NCBI GenBank assembly: GCA_050273025.1
Contig: CP158636.1
Location: 2,542,001-2,606,000, forward strand
Direction of reading: 5' to 3'
DNA: 64,000 nucleotides
DNA from: Cenococcum geophilum
Lineage: Eukaryota
The notes beneath the pieces are model-generated. The model saw nothing but the letters and a program-made list of their open reading frames with translations, did not search any database and had not been told where the DNA came from. Shown in pieces: positions 14,691 through 25,731 of this stretch (positions are counted from its first letter, which is position 1; each line of letters opens with the position of its first letter). The translations under genes were made by a program, and so were the position numbers.

Positions 14691-14830
14691 ACATTTCGCA
14701 CATTTCGCACATTTTGTACGTTTTATACGTTTTGCACGTTTTATACGTTTCGTACATTTTATACATTTCGTACATTTTATACGTTTCGTACATTTTGTAC
14801 GTTTTATACATTTTATATATTTTGCATATT
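14691..14830. repeat. 10-bp tandem repeat (ACATTTCGCA/ACGTTTTATA-type)
   Basis: About 14 degenerate units visible. Confidence 0.85.
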
Positions 14831-14933
14831 TCCTATAGATTGCTATAATATACTTTTAAATATATTTATATTATAATTATATAAAATATAGAGCTATCTA
14901 CTTAAAGCCTCTAAATCGTTAATTAGCCTAGTG

Positions 14934-15133
14934 CTTACCTACCTACCTACCTGCCTACCTACCTATCTATCTATCTATCTATCTGTCTATACCCACCTAC
15001 TTATACCTACCTATCTATACCTACTATCTATACCTACCTATCTATACCTACTGTTTGTACCTACTTGTTTATACCTACTATCTATACCTACCTATCTATG
15101 CCTACTGTCTATACCTATTTATCTATACTACCT
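14934..15133. repeat. (CTAC/CTAT)n microsatellite-like tract
   Basis: Direct reading; source of spurious ORF 14931-15137. Confidence 0.85.
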
Positions 15134-15275
15134 CTAAACGGTAGTTATCTGGGGTGCCTCTATAGAAGGGCTTAATTTAATTCGATTCGGTAATAGACTA
15201 ATAATAATGCTCTGGTTTAATTCGACCGATTGAATTATTTAGTATTTGCTAGCTAAGTCGTTTAAACGGTTAGCG

Positions 15276-15980
15276 GTCGTCTAGCTCTGGCGACGGTCGT
15301 CTAACTCTAGCGACGATCGTTTAGCTCTAACGACGGTTGTCTAGCTCTGGTGACGGTCGTCTAGCTCTAGCAACGGTCGTCTAGCTCTAGCGACGGTCGT
15401 CTAGCTCTAGCGACGGTCGTCTAGCTCTAGCGATAGTTATCTAGCTCTGGCGACGGTTGTCTAGCTCTAACGACAGTCGTCTAGCTCTAGCAACGATTGT
15501 CTAGCTCTAGCGACGGTCGTCTAGCTCTTACGACGATTGTCTAGCTCTAGTAATAGTCGTCTAGATAACGACGGTCGTTTAGCTCTAATAATAGTCGTCT
15601 AGCTCTGACGACGGTCGTTTAGCTCTGATAATGGTTGTCTAGCTCTGACGATAGTTATCTAGCTCTAACGACGGTCGTCTAGCTCTGGCGATGGTTGTCT
15701 AGCTCTAACGATAGTTGTCTAGCTTTGGCGACGGTCGTCTGGCTCTAATAATAGTTATTTAGCTCTAGCAATAATCGTCTAGCTCTAGCGACGGTTATCT
15801 AGCTCTTGCGACAATTGTCTAGCTCTAGTGACGGTTGTCTAGATAATAATAGTCGTCTAGCTCTAGCGACGGTTGTCTAGCTCTTGCGACGGTTGTCTAG
15901 CTCTGGCGACGGTTGTCTAGCTCTAGGGACGGTCGTCTGGTTTTAGTAACAGTTATCTAGTTCTAGCAACGGTTGTCTAC
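15276..15980. repeat. 20-bp minisatellite CTAGCTCTRGCGACGGTCGT (~35 units)
   Basis: Clear 20-bp periodicity with transition-type variants and a few shortened units. Confidence 0.92.
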
Positions 15981-16099
15981 TAGCTATAGTTCTGGTGCCT
16001 CTCTAGGTAGGGAGGATATAAGGAAGGAAGGGTAAAAAATAAGATAGCTACCTATATGTAGAGGCTATTAGGAATATAGCGGGGACCTAAAGTAATATG

Positions 16100-17068
16100 T
16101 ATTATACGGAGCTTCGTATAGAGCCTCTGTACGTAAAGCTTCGCGTAAAGCCTTGTGCAGAGCTTTTATACGTAGAGCTTTATATAAAGCTTTATATAGA
16201 GCTTTGCGCAGAGTTTTATATAGAGCTTCGTATAGAGCTTTATATAGAGCTTTGTATAGAGCTTTATATAGAGTCTTAGTAGAGCTTTATATAGAGCTTT
16301 GTATAGAGCTTTGTATAGAGCTTTATATAGGACTTTATATAGAGCTTTATATAGAGCTTTATATAGAGCCTCTATACGTAGAGCTTCGTGCAGAGCTTTA
16401 TATAGAACTTCGTGTAGAGCTTTATATAGAGCTTTATATAGAGCTTTGTGCAGAGCCTTATGTAGAGCTTCGTGCAGAGCCTCTGTACGCAGAGCTTCGT
16501 ATAGAGCTTTGTGTAGAACTTTGTGCAGAACCTTGTATAGAGCTTTGTGTAGAGCTTCGTACAGAGCCTTATACAGAGCTTTGTGCAGAGCCTCTATACG
16601 CAGAGCTTCGTATAGAGCTTTGTGTAGAACTTCGTGTAGAACCTCGTGTAGAGCTTCGTGTAGAGCTTCGTGCAGAGTCTTATATAGAGCTTCGTGTAGA
16701 GCCTTATGCAGAGCTTTATGTAGAGCCTTTATACGCAGAGCTTTATGCAGAGCCTCTATATGTAGAGCTTCGTGCAGAGCTTCGTGTAGAACTTCGTGTA
16801 GAGCTTTGTATAGAGCTTCGTGTAGAGCTTTATATAGAGCTTCGTGCAGAGCTTTATGTGGAGCTTTGTGCAGAGCTTCGTATAGAGCTTTGTGTAGAGC
16901 TTTGTATAGAGCTTCGTGTAGAGCTTCGTATAGAGCTTTGTATAGAGCTTCGTGTAGAGCTTCGTATAGAGCTTTATATAGAGCTTCGTGTAGAGCTTTG
17001 TGTAGAGCTTCGTGCAGAGCTTCGTATAGAGCTTCGTGCGGAGCTTTGTGCGGAGCTTCGTGCAGAGC
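16100..17068. repeat. 12-bp minisatellite GAGCTTYRTRYA (~80 units)
   Basis: Clear 12-bp periodicity; explains the overlapping ELRV/RALY/ALHE pseudo-ORFs. Confidence 0.93.
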
Positions 17069-18399
17069 TGGCTTAAGTCGCGATTTTAGCAATTTGCGGT
17101 AATTTGTAGCAATTCGCATAGGCTACTTATAAGTAGCTGCGTATTTGTAGCAATTTGCATAGGCTACTTATAAGTAGCTGCGTGTTTGTAGCAAATTGCT
17201 GCGAATTGCCGCAAATCGCGACTTACGCAGGTTTTGCAGACCCGATTTTCGCTTGCAACAACGTGCCTAAAAAAAAATTTCCTGATGAAAGGAATAAACT
17301 AATAAGGCATAAGCCGTATAGAGGGCTATAACCTATTAAGACACTAGAGAGACTATAGGAGGTTATATTATAGGACTTTATTATTAAGTTACTAAAGTTA
17401 AGAGATCCTATTACCGGATAAGACTATAATACGATCTTAGTAATAGTAGACAAGCTTATAAAGTGGGGATACTTTATAGCCTATACGAAAGAAATCTTAG
17501 CGGAAGATATCGCTAGAATCTATATAAAAGAAGTATTTATAAGACATAGAGCACTAAGTAAAATTATATTAGATAGAGATCTAAGATTTATAGCAGCATT
17601 TTAGGAGGTATTCTTGGCGGAGCAAGGAGTTTAAGCAGCAACTTCTACCGTATATTATCCGTAGACAGACGGTTAAACGGAAAGATTAAACTAGATACTA
17701 GAGCAGTATCTAAAATATTATATTAATTATATATAGAACAATTAGATATCGCTATTACTAATTATATAGTTTATATATAATATAACACTATAAGAAGAAA
17801 TGGGTACGTTACTATTTAAGGCGAATTATAGATATAAGCTAAGAACATTATTATCGCTACGTTAAGTAAAGAAAATAAGTAGTAAAGCTAAGTAAAGAAT
17901 GGAGACTTTAATAAATCTTTATATAAACCTTACGGAAATAGCTAAGGTGGTATAGTAAAGAATAAAAAAGTACTATAATGCTAAGAGATCTAAGGAACCA
18001 GATCTTAAGGAGGGGGATAAAGTATAGCTACTATATAAAATTTTCAAAAGTTAACGACTAAGTAAGAAGTTAAACTATATTAGACTAGGACCTTTTAAAA
18101 TTATATAGAGGATTTCACCAGTTATATTTAAGTTAAACCTACTAGCTAAAATAAAGATCTACCCTATATAGTATATCGCGATGCTAGAACTAGTATATAG
18201 GAATATTAAACTACTAGTTTATAAGGCAAACACGTATAGAGGTTAGGAAGAAGATAAACAGTAAGTTTTAAAGATTATTAGTTATAAGGATATTAACAAT
18301 AAAATATAGTATAAGGTTAAGTGGATAGGCTATATTAAGACTACCTAGGAGCTACTAGAGAATTTAAAGAACGCTATAGGAAAGGTATAGGAGTATTAG

Positions 18400-19028
18400 A
18401 AGAAAATAGGTCAGGCAATATTAATAAAGAAGGATTATTAAAGAATAAGTCACCTAAAGGGGACCTAGGAAGAGCGACTGCCAAACTACTTAAAGTTGTT
18501 CCCCTTACTATAAGAGGAGAGTTGGTTCTCTTATTACCTAGTTCCTAAAGACCTTACTAAATAAGTTTTTACTCCTTTAAGCGAACTTTCTTATAGATAT
18601 ATTCTAAACGCTAAAGACAAGTATAAGCTAGACGCTAAGCTTTAAGGATATATGCAGATTCTTCTAAGATATACTAAACCTTAAGCAGCGTAGAGGCTAG
18701 CTTACTGTTAAGCTTTATAGCGGTAGATTAAACACAAGACCCTATAATAAATTACTTAGAAAACTTAAAAACTATTAAGAGTAATAGGACACGTATACTT
18801 AGCATTGGATATAAAACGAACGTTATATAATAAACGTATATTAGCGCGAGTGTATTTAGAATAAGAGGAAGGTTAGCAACTGGAGGGACTCGCAATTATA
18901 ATGTAACTTAACCCCTCTTTCGTATAACAAGAGTAAGGAATTGCTATTACTTTACCTAGTAATAGTATTAAAGAGACGGTATAAAGGCGACGCTTAACCT
19001 AGGAGAGAGAAGAAATTACTTTAGATAT
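18400..19028 (-). pseudogene. Antisense Zn2Cys6-like/coiled-coil gene of gypsy B (divergent allele)
   Basis: ISKVISSLS*VKRRLYTVSLILLLGKVIAIPYSCYTKEGLSYIIIASPSSC*PSSYSKYTRANIRLLYN aligns at protein level with copies A, H and J. Confidence 0.6.
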
Positions 19029-19136
19029 AATAAGCAATAATATTAACTAAATTAATTAGACGGATATTATACCTCTAGTAAATAACCTAGAGATACTAGG
19101 TATCTTTAAGGATAAAGATAGAGAGGAGGGAGATGG

Positions 19137-19558
19137 TATTATGGACGCTTTAAGTATAATATTACGACTACTTAGAGAAGAGTTAAAGGAAGCTAGTTAG
19201 TTAATATAGGTATAGATTAGGATAGAACCCATAGAACTATATAATAAAGAATAGTAAGTAAGTCACATAATAGTTAAATATATTGGCTGTATTAAATATA
19301 AGGGATATTACGTTTAATATAGATAAGATGTATATTACGTATAAGAAGGATTTTATAGGAGTACGGTTGTGTATTTAAGGACCCTCAATCCCTACCTAGA
19401 TAGTTCCTTCCTTATAGTAATTCTTAGAATATAATTAGAGTTAATCTATTAGGCAACCACTCCACTAGTTATTATTACGTTGTTGACTTACTTGTAATAC
19501 CTATATACCTAGCCCATTAACAAGCCTACTATAGTTCTTACTATAAGGTTCCATTACA
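19137..19558 (+). repeat. 3' LTR of gypsy B
   Basis: Follows PPT; ends CCATTACA then TSD TAGGA. Confidence 0.92.
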
Positions 19559-20599
19559 TAGGAGATAGTAAGACAAACGGAACGCCTTATACTAGGACTT
19601 AAAATTACCCAAATCTAATAGCTTTAATAGGAAAATATAAACTAAGTATATAATAAGAACAACGAGAGGATATAAGGGTTGCTAGAGACTTGTTAGGAAG
19701 ACGCCAGACAAATATATAGCTCCCTTATCGTTAGTATATATACACCAGGAATGCAAAAACTCCTTATTTAAAAAGAAATAATTATAAATAGCCTTATATA
19801 CAGTATAAGGCTCTATAACCACAGACTATGCCTAAAATAATGCTATTGCTATATATAATGGGGACACACCTAATCTATATGCGCAGTATAGGTATACTAC
19901 GGCTACTGTATAGGCCCCCACGATATAAGATATTGCTTAAATTAAGACTAAATAAAATGCGTGAACTGCCACCAAAGCACATATAAGGCGTAGAAGAGAG
20001 AAGACTACATTAAATACAGGAGACGGAAGGTAAGGGCTTAACAGCTGCGGGAATAACTGTACGCTAGGTTATATAAATAGAAATAATAGGTAATAAGCCA
20101 GGGGGACATAGGCGCCTTTTTAGCGTTTCCTACCTTTAATACTAGAGGGCTAGGCTAGCTATCCCAAGCCTTAACGGGCCAGAAGCGACGCCGCGTAATA
20201 TTACTAGACCAATTAGGGATATAAGGGTTACAGGGGACACAAGGAAGAGGACGCCCCGTAGGAAGACCTCTATAGACAGCGACAGTAGGCTTAAAACTAG
20301 GATAATTAAAAATTAGACTTAATGCGGCAAATATAACATTTATAGCCGACCTATAAAGGGTATATAGCCGACTAGTAAGAATAGGGGAAGAACCGGTAAT
20401 AATAATAGATTTAAATATAGAAGCGCTAATAGGAACATAAGATATGGGAATAGAAAGCTTTATATAAAATAAGTAGTAACTAGGGTGTAGATATAAGAGA
20501 CAGAAGCTCTAAATATCCTAGAGAAAGTGGAAATAGAAGAAGTAAGGAATAAAGGAGAGTTAAAGGACCCTTGCCGGGGGTCCGCTACCTATCTATTAT

Positions 20600-23500
20600 A
20601 CAGTATAACTGCGGCAACACAAACTACCGCCTTGTAAGGCCCCTACTAGATAGTCTAGACCTAGAGAAATATTATATCCTTGCTATATAAGAACCGTACT
20701 ATAATACCTTTATATAATCAATATACTGCCCCTAAGGATTCTAGCTCCTATATAACCAAAAGCAGCCACACATATGTGCTTTATAATTAGTAAGGCTATC
20801 AGCCTATCCTTATAATTATAGCAGGCAGTTAACCTAAATATTACAGTTATAACAATCTAAATATATAGGGGACTGGTATAAATTATTAATATATATAACC
20901 CTAGGGTCAAAGGGGTCCTATAAATAGAGAATATTATATTAGTAATAAGCTTACTAGAAACTAAAGGTATAAAGTTTATCCTACTAGGAGACATAAACCT
21001 CTACTACCCGCGGTAGGGAGGTATCTATATAGCTGTAGATTAACAGTTAAAGTGCCTACTAAGAGCTATAAATATCTAGGGCCTTAAGCTAGCTACCCCC
21101 CTAGGAGCAATTATATGGCAATAAGGCACCGCCAGAAGTATAATTAACCTTATATTTATAGACGAAGGCCTATACTAGAGACTTAAAAGGTATAACCCTA
21201 AAGAAGAATGGGCACTTACCCTAGACTATATCCCTATTTAGATACAGCTAGATCTAGATACTAAAGCGTAACTAAATAGAAAAAGATACGCAATAAGGAA
21301 GCTTAAGATAGACAGTTTCCTTAATGCAGTTAAATAACAACTCTAAGACCTAGAAGAAATCCACCTAATACTAAATAAGCGAGGCTTATTGGCCACCCCT
21401 AAGGAAATTAACCAAAGACTAGAAAGGATCTAGGCAGCGATTAAAAATGGGCTAGAAGAGCACTACCCGATCTTAAAACTGGGCCCCTATACGCGATATG
21501 TATAGTCCATATAATATATAGTTCTGGTTGCCAGCTAATAATAAGTAAGAAGGAAATATATAAGTAGCTATAACCCTAAAGATAAGAGATGATATAAAGA
21601 CATAAGAAACTAGCTAAAGAATACCCTAAAAAAAGAAGTAAGGAATAACTGGAGACGGTTTATAAATGAGTATACCTCTAACCTAAGCCTCCCCTATAAT
21701 AAGGGCCTTTGGGCTATAGCGAAATAGGTAAAGAAAAAGGTAGGGCGCCTAGTAAAAGACTTATACCTACTACCTTTACAAAGAGTAGGAGAATCATAGG
21801 CTATAAATAACAACGATAAGAAGGTAAAGATCTTTATAGAAAGGTTCTTCCCCTAACTAGCTCTAGCAGACCTTAGTAATATTATAGGCGAAATACCGGT
21901 GACTTGCCTATAGGTTAACAGCGACATAATAATAGAGGAAATGGCTAGAACTATTAGCCGCCTTTTAAATAATATAGTACTAGAACCAGATAGGATTCTA
22001 AATAAGGCCCTAAAAACCTATAGGCTACTTATAGTACCTTGGCTTGCAGATATAGCCAAAGTATACTTTACTATAGGCTACTACCCGCGACTTGGAAGAT
22101 CTATAACGACGGTTGTCCTATAAAAAGAAGGTAAAGCAGATTACTTAATCCTAGGAAGCTACCGCCCTATTGCCTTAGAAAACACCCTTAATAAGATCTT
22201 AAAAAGGGTAATAGCGGAATGCATAGTAGATACGGTAGAGAAATATACCCTACTACTATAAAGCTAAATAGGGGCAAGAAAGAACCGCTTAATACTATCA
22301 GCACTTACGCTACTCGCTGCCACCATTAAATCTGCATGGGCGATGCGAAAGGACTTTATAGTATTAATACTTAGCCTAAATATTAGTGGTACCTATAACA
22401 ATATACCCTATAAGTGTCTCCTGTATATCCTTAGGGTAAAGGGCTTTCTAGAATAGATTATATAATTTGTCTAAGGGTTTATAGGCTAGAAAGAAACATT
22501 ACTAGTCTTTAGCGGATACTAGAGCCCCCTTATTGCAGTTACAACAGGAATACTATAAGGATTACCCCTCTCGCCTATACTCTTCCTTTTCTTTATAAGT
22601 AACCTACTTAACTCCTTTAAGGAAGGGGCGACCTAGGGGATAGGCTTTGTTAATGATATAAACCTAATTATATACGGGCTAACAGCTGTAGAGAATTATA
22701 GAACACTAGAGAAAGCCTATAATACTTATATAGAATGGGCAAAACGTTATAGAGTCCAATTTTTACCAGAGAAATACCAGCTAATCTATTTTATAAGAAA
22801 ACGCAACTAATCTGCAGATCTCTAGTATATAATTTATATTTAAGGCTTTAGGGGTTAACCAGTTTAGGGCCTAAGGGTATTAGGAGTATAGGTAGATAGT
22901 AAGCTCTAGTAGAGCATATATGCGGCGTAAGCGGCCTATAAAGGCCAAGTATAGTTTATCGCTTTATCTAGAATTGTTAATTTTATATAGGGTTTATGCT
23001 TCTAGAGGTTACGCCTACTATATATAGCAGTCGTCCGGCCAACCATAATATATGGATCTAGTATTTAGGCTATTAGAGAAACTAAAAAGGGCCCCCCTAA
23101 ATTACTCCTTAAACTACTTTAAAAGGTCTAGATAGCCTACCTTTGGAGTATTATAGGCGGGTATAAGCGAACGGCCACAGCACTGCTTGAGAAGGAATCC
23201 AATATTCTCCCCCTATAGTTATATATTAAAGCTGCTGTAATATAAAGGATGTAAAATAAACGTAACTCTAATGTTATAAAGTATATTAAGATACGCCTAA
23301 GTAAACTATAGAGGGACCCTAGCCCTATAGAAGAACAAACCAACAACCCTAAAGTAGGGAAGAGATATTAGAGAAATAGGTAAAGAAAGCAGAAGAAAAA
23401 TAGTGCCGCTTTAGGGCCTAGGCCTATATAGAGGAGAAAGGGAGACGCGTAAGAGGTTAGTAAAGACAATAGTAAGATAGAGAAAGGAGCTAAAGTAGAA

Positions 23501-23990
23501 CACGTAAGAACGCCGGGAAACCATTTACCGCAATGTAATACTGGTTGGACTAACGCTAAAGAGGTAAATAGGAGTTAAAGGTACAGAGGCTAACTTAGGC
23601 AAGATAAACCCAAGCTATAGTATAGTTAACGCCATAGGGGGTAAATACCTAAGGGCTCTGAGAAGGTCTAATAAAGGCAGAAAATATAATAGTAATACTT
23701 TTAAGAACAGGAATAATAGGACTAAAAGATTGGCTTTACTGGGTGGGTATCCTAGTAGGTAGCCCGAGATGCGAATGTGGCTAGCTAAGACAGACACTAA
23801 AACATGTAATACTGCTATGCCCCCTACGCATTAATCGAGAAATAATACTCTTAGCAGCTAGCATAGAGAACTATAATATACTGCTCTTAATATAAAAAGG
23901 CCTTAAGGCGGTTACCTAGTGGCTTATTAGTTAAAATGTGCTAAATTAGTTCTAGGTTGCAAGGGAAATGGTAATAAAAGGTAAGGGGGT
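20600..23990 (+). pseudogene. LINE ORF2 (endonuclease region, reverse transcriptase, C-terminal Cys/His finger), RIPed
   Basis: GSYRPIALENTLNKI (~22155), GIL*GLPLSPILFLFFI (~22550), GFVNDINL (~22645), CECG*LRQTLKHVILLCP (~23770); boundaries approximate. Confidence 0.85.
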
Positions 23991-25731
23991 AAGCAGTAGG
24001 TGCCCCCTAGTAACTCTACAGTAGTAGAGTAATAGTTTATAATACTAGCGCGTCCGTAGGCTTATTACGGCAGCAGTGGTTCCTAAGGAGGTTAAACAGT
24101 AAGGTAGTAGAGCACTATAGGCGACTTATAGGCGCTAAGTAGGCGAGTCCTAAAAGGCAGGGAGATGGATTACGGGGTTTTCTCATTTTTCTTAAATAGA
24201 GTTTTCTCCCTATATGTAAATAAGGAGTAGTCCGCGTGGGCCTAATAGGGATCCAAATCGGACGTTAAGTAATGAATTATTATTATTATTAATAAAAGCA
24301 ATAGTTTAAAGATAGAGCTTATATAAATTACGGAAAATAGGGTTATTTTACTAGAGACTATAAAAGTAGTTAGAGTTATTACGTAGTAAAGGGAACTAGA
24401 CTAGTAGTATATAACATATATATATAAAGGAATAATAGTATACTACGAGGAATAAAAGAATATTTAATTAGAAGTTTTACGTTTTATTATAATAATATAT
24501 ACTAAATTTATAAAGACGCTAAGTACGGTATAAGCTATTAGCTATAAAAGCTAGAGTTAAAAGGACTTAAAGGAACTAAAGAGTTAAATAAAGAATAAGA
24601 TCGACTTAATAAGCTAGATTAAAATATTACAGTAATATATAGATAAAGATTAGCAATAATAATAATAGAGTTAGAGTACTTATTAATTAACAGTAATAAG
24701 GATAGTAAAGGAACTAACTAGGGGTATCTAAACCTTAATAACGTAATAAAAGTAGAGACTAAGACCGCTATAGAGTAAGGTTTGATAACGGGTATTATAA
24801 TACCGTTAGATACGGCATCTATTACTTTATAAGACGGAAGGAGTAATATCTAGAGATAATTAAGTAAGTAAATAACTGCTAGTGCTAGCTTACTACTTAA
24901 TAAAGGCAAAAGGCTAAAGGCTTAAGATTCTTAAGACGGAATAAGAGATGACTAAGATTCTTAAGATAGGATAAGGTATACTTAAGGACCTATAATGGAT
25001 GAAAACCGATAGGATAGAGCAATAGCTTAGTTTAGTAATATACGAATAAGCTTAGGACGAAGTTTTTTAAAGGTATAAGACTCTTAAGATAAGATAAGTA
25101 AGATTTAAGACTTTTAAGATGAGATAAGAATACTAAGCAAGCCTAGTTAAACTAAGGCTGGAGCTAAGCTTAAGCTAAAAGCAAGCTTAGGATTAAAGGA
25201 TCTAAGGGATTAAAAATTTAGGGTATAAATTAGGATACCTATAAGCAAGAAGTAAGGAGCTTCTTTATAGTGTTACGGACGCTTTAAGCACAATGTTATA
25301 ACTACTTGGAGAGGAGTTAGAAGAAGCTAGTTAGTTAATACAAGCACGGTCTAGGATAGAACCCGTGGAACTATGTAATGAGAAATAGTAGCTAAGGTTA
25401 TATAAGGTGCTATAAGAGGAACAAAAGGAATGAAAGGAACTTACGTACCTTACGTATAAGATGTATATTACGTATAAGAAGGATTTTATAGGAGTACGGT
25501 TGTGTATTTAAGGACCCTTAGTCCCTACCTAGATAGTTCCTTCCTTATAGTAATTCTTAGAATATAATTAGAGTTAATCTATTAGGCAACCACTCTACTA
25601 GTTATTATTACGTTGTTAATTTACTTACAATACCTATATACCTAGCCCATTAATGAGTATACCGTAGTCCCTACTACAAGGCTTTATTACACAATTACTA
25701 CCATAGTTATGGTTTTAATAAGTTGAATAAC

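Larger units (their letters stand above)
14471..17287. mobile_element. Non-autonomous TIR DNA element D composed of tandem arrays
   Basis: TIR CATCAGGAAA(T)9-10AG at 14471-14492 and 17267-17287; comparison with the empty site in H (TTGCTAAAGGAATA ~31017) gives a 2-bp AA duplication; inverted subterminal GCAATTTGCG-type repeats; no transposase seen. Confidence 0.88.
12300..18440 (+). pseudogene. pol: pol of gypsy B (PR-RT-RH-IN-chromodomain), split in the integrase by TIR element D
   Basis: RT motifs [11 protein letters not shown] and YLNNNIIY (YLDD); RH YNIYNKELL; IN QTDG*TERLN; chromodomain YKVKWIGY..T*ELLENL ~18310. Confidence 0.85.
2472..19558 (+). mobile_element. Ty3/gypsy chromovirus copy B, inserted in LINE ORF1
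   Basis: LTRs 2472-2893 and 19137-19558; TSD TAGGA at 2467-2471 and 19559-19563; PPT AGAGAGGAGGGAGATGG before the 3' LTR. Confidence 0.93.
1577..24230 (+). mobile_element. Tad1-like LINE (~5.6 kb net), split by gypsy B
   Basis: ~13-bp TSD AATAAAAGYAATA at 1564-1576 and 24231-24243; (TTA)n 3' tail ending at 24230; ORF1 CCHC knuckle remnants ~19780-20010; ORF2 RT motifs. Confidence 0.9.

Noticed and set aside
15276..15980. CRISPR-like array
   Set aside because: Units are head-to-tail with no unique spacers; no cas genes; eukaryotic RIP context
16097..17119. Overlapping 267-317 aa ORFs on both strands
   Set aside because: Artefact of the 12-bp tandem repeat; low-complexity translations in several frames
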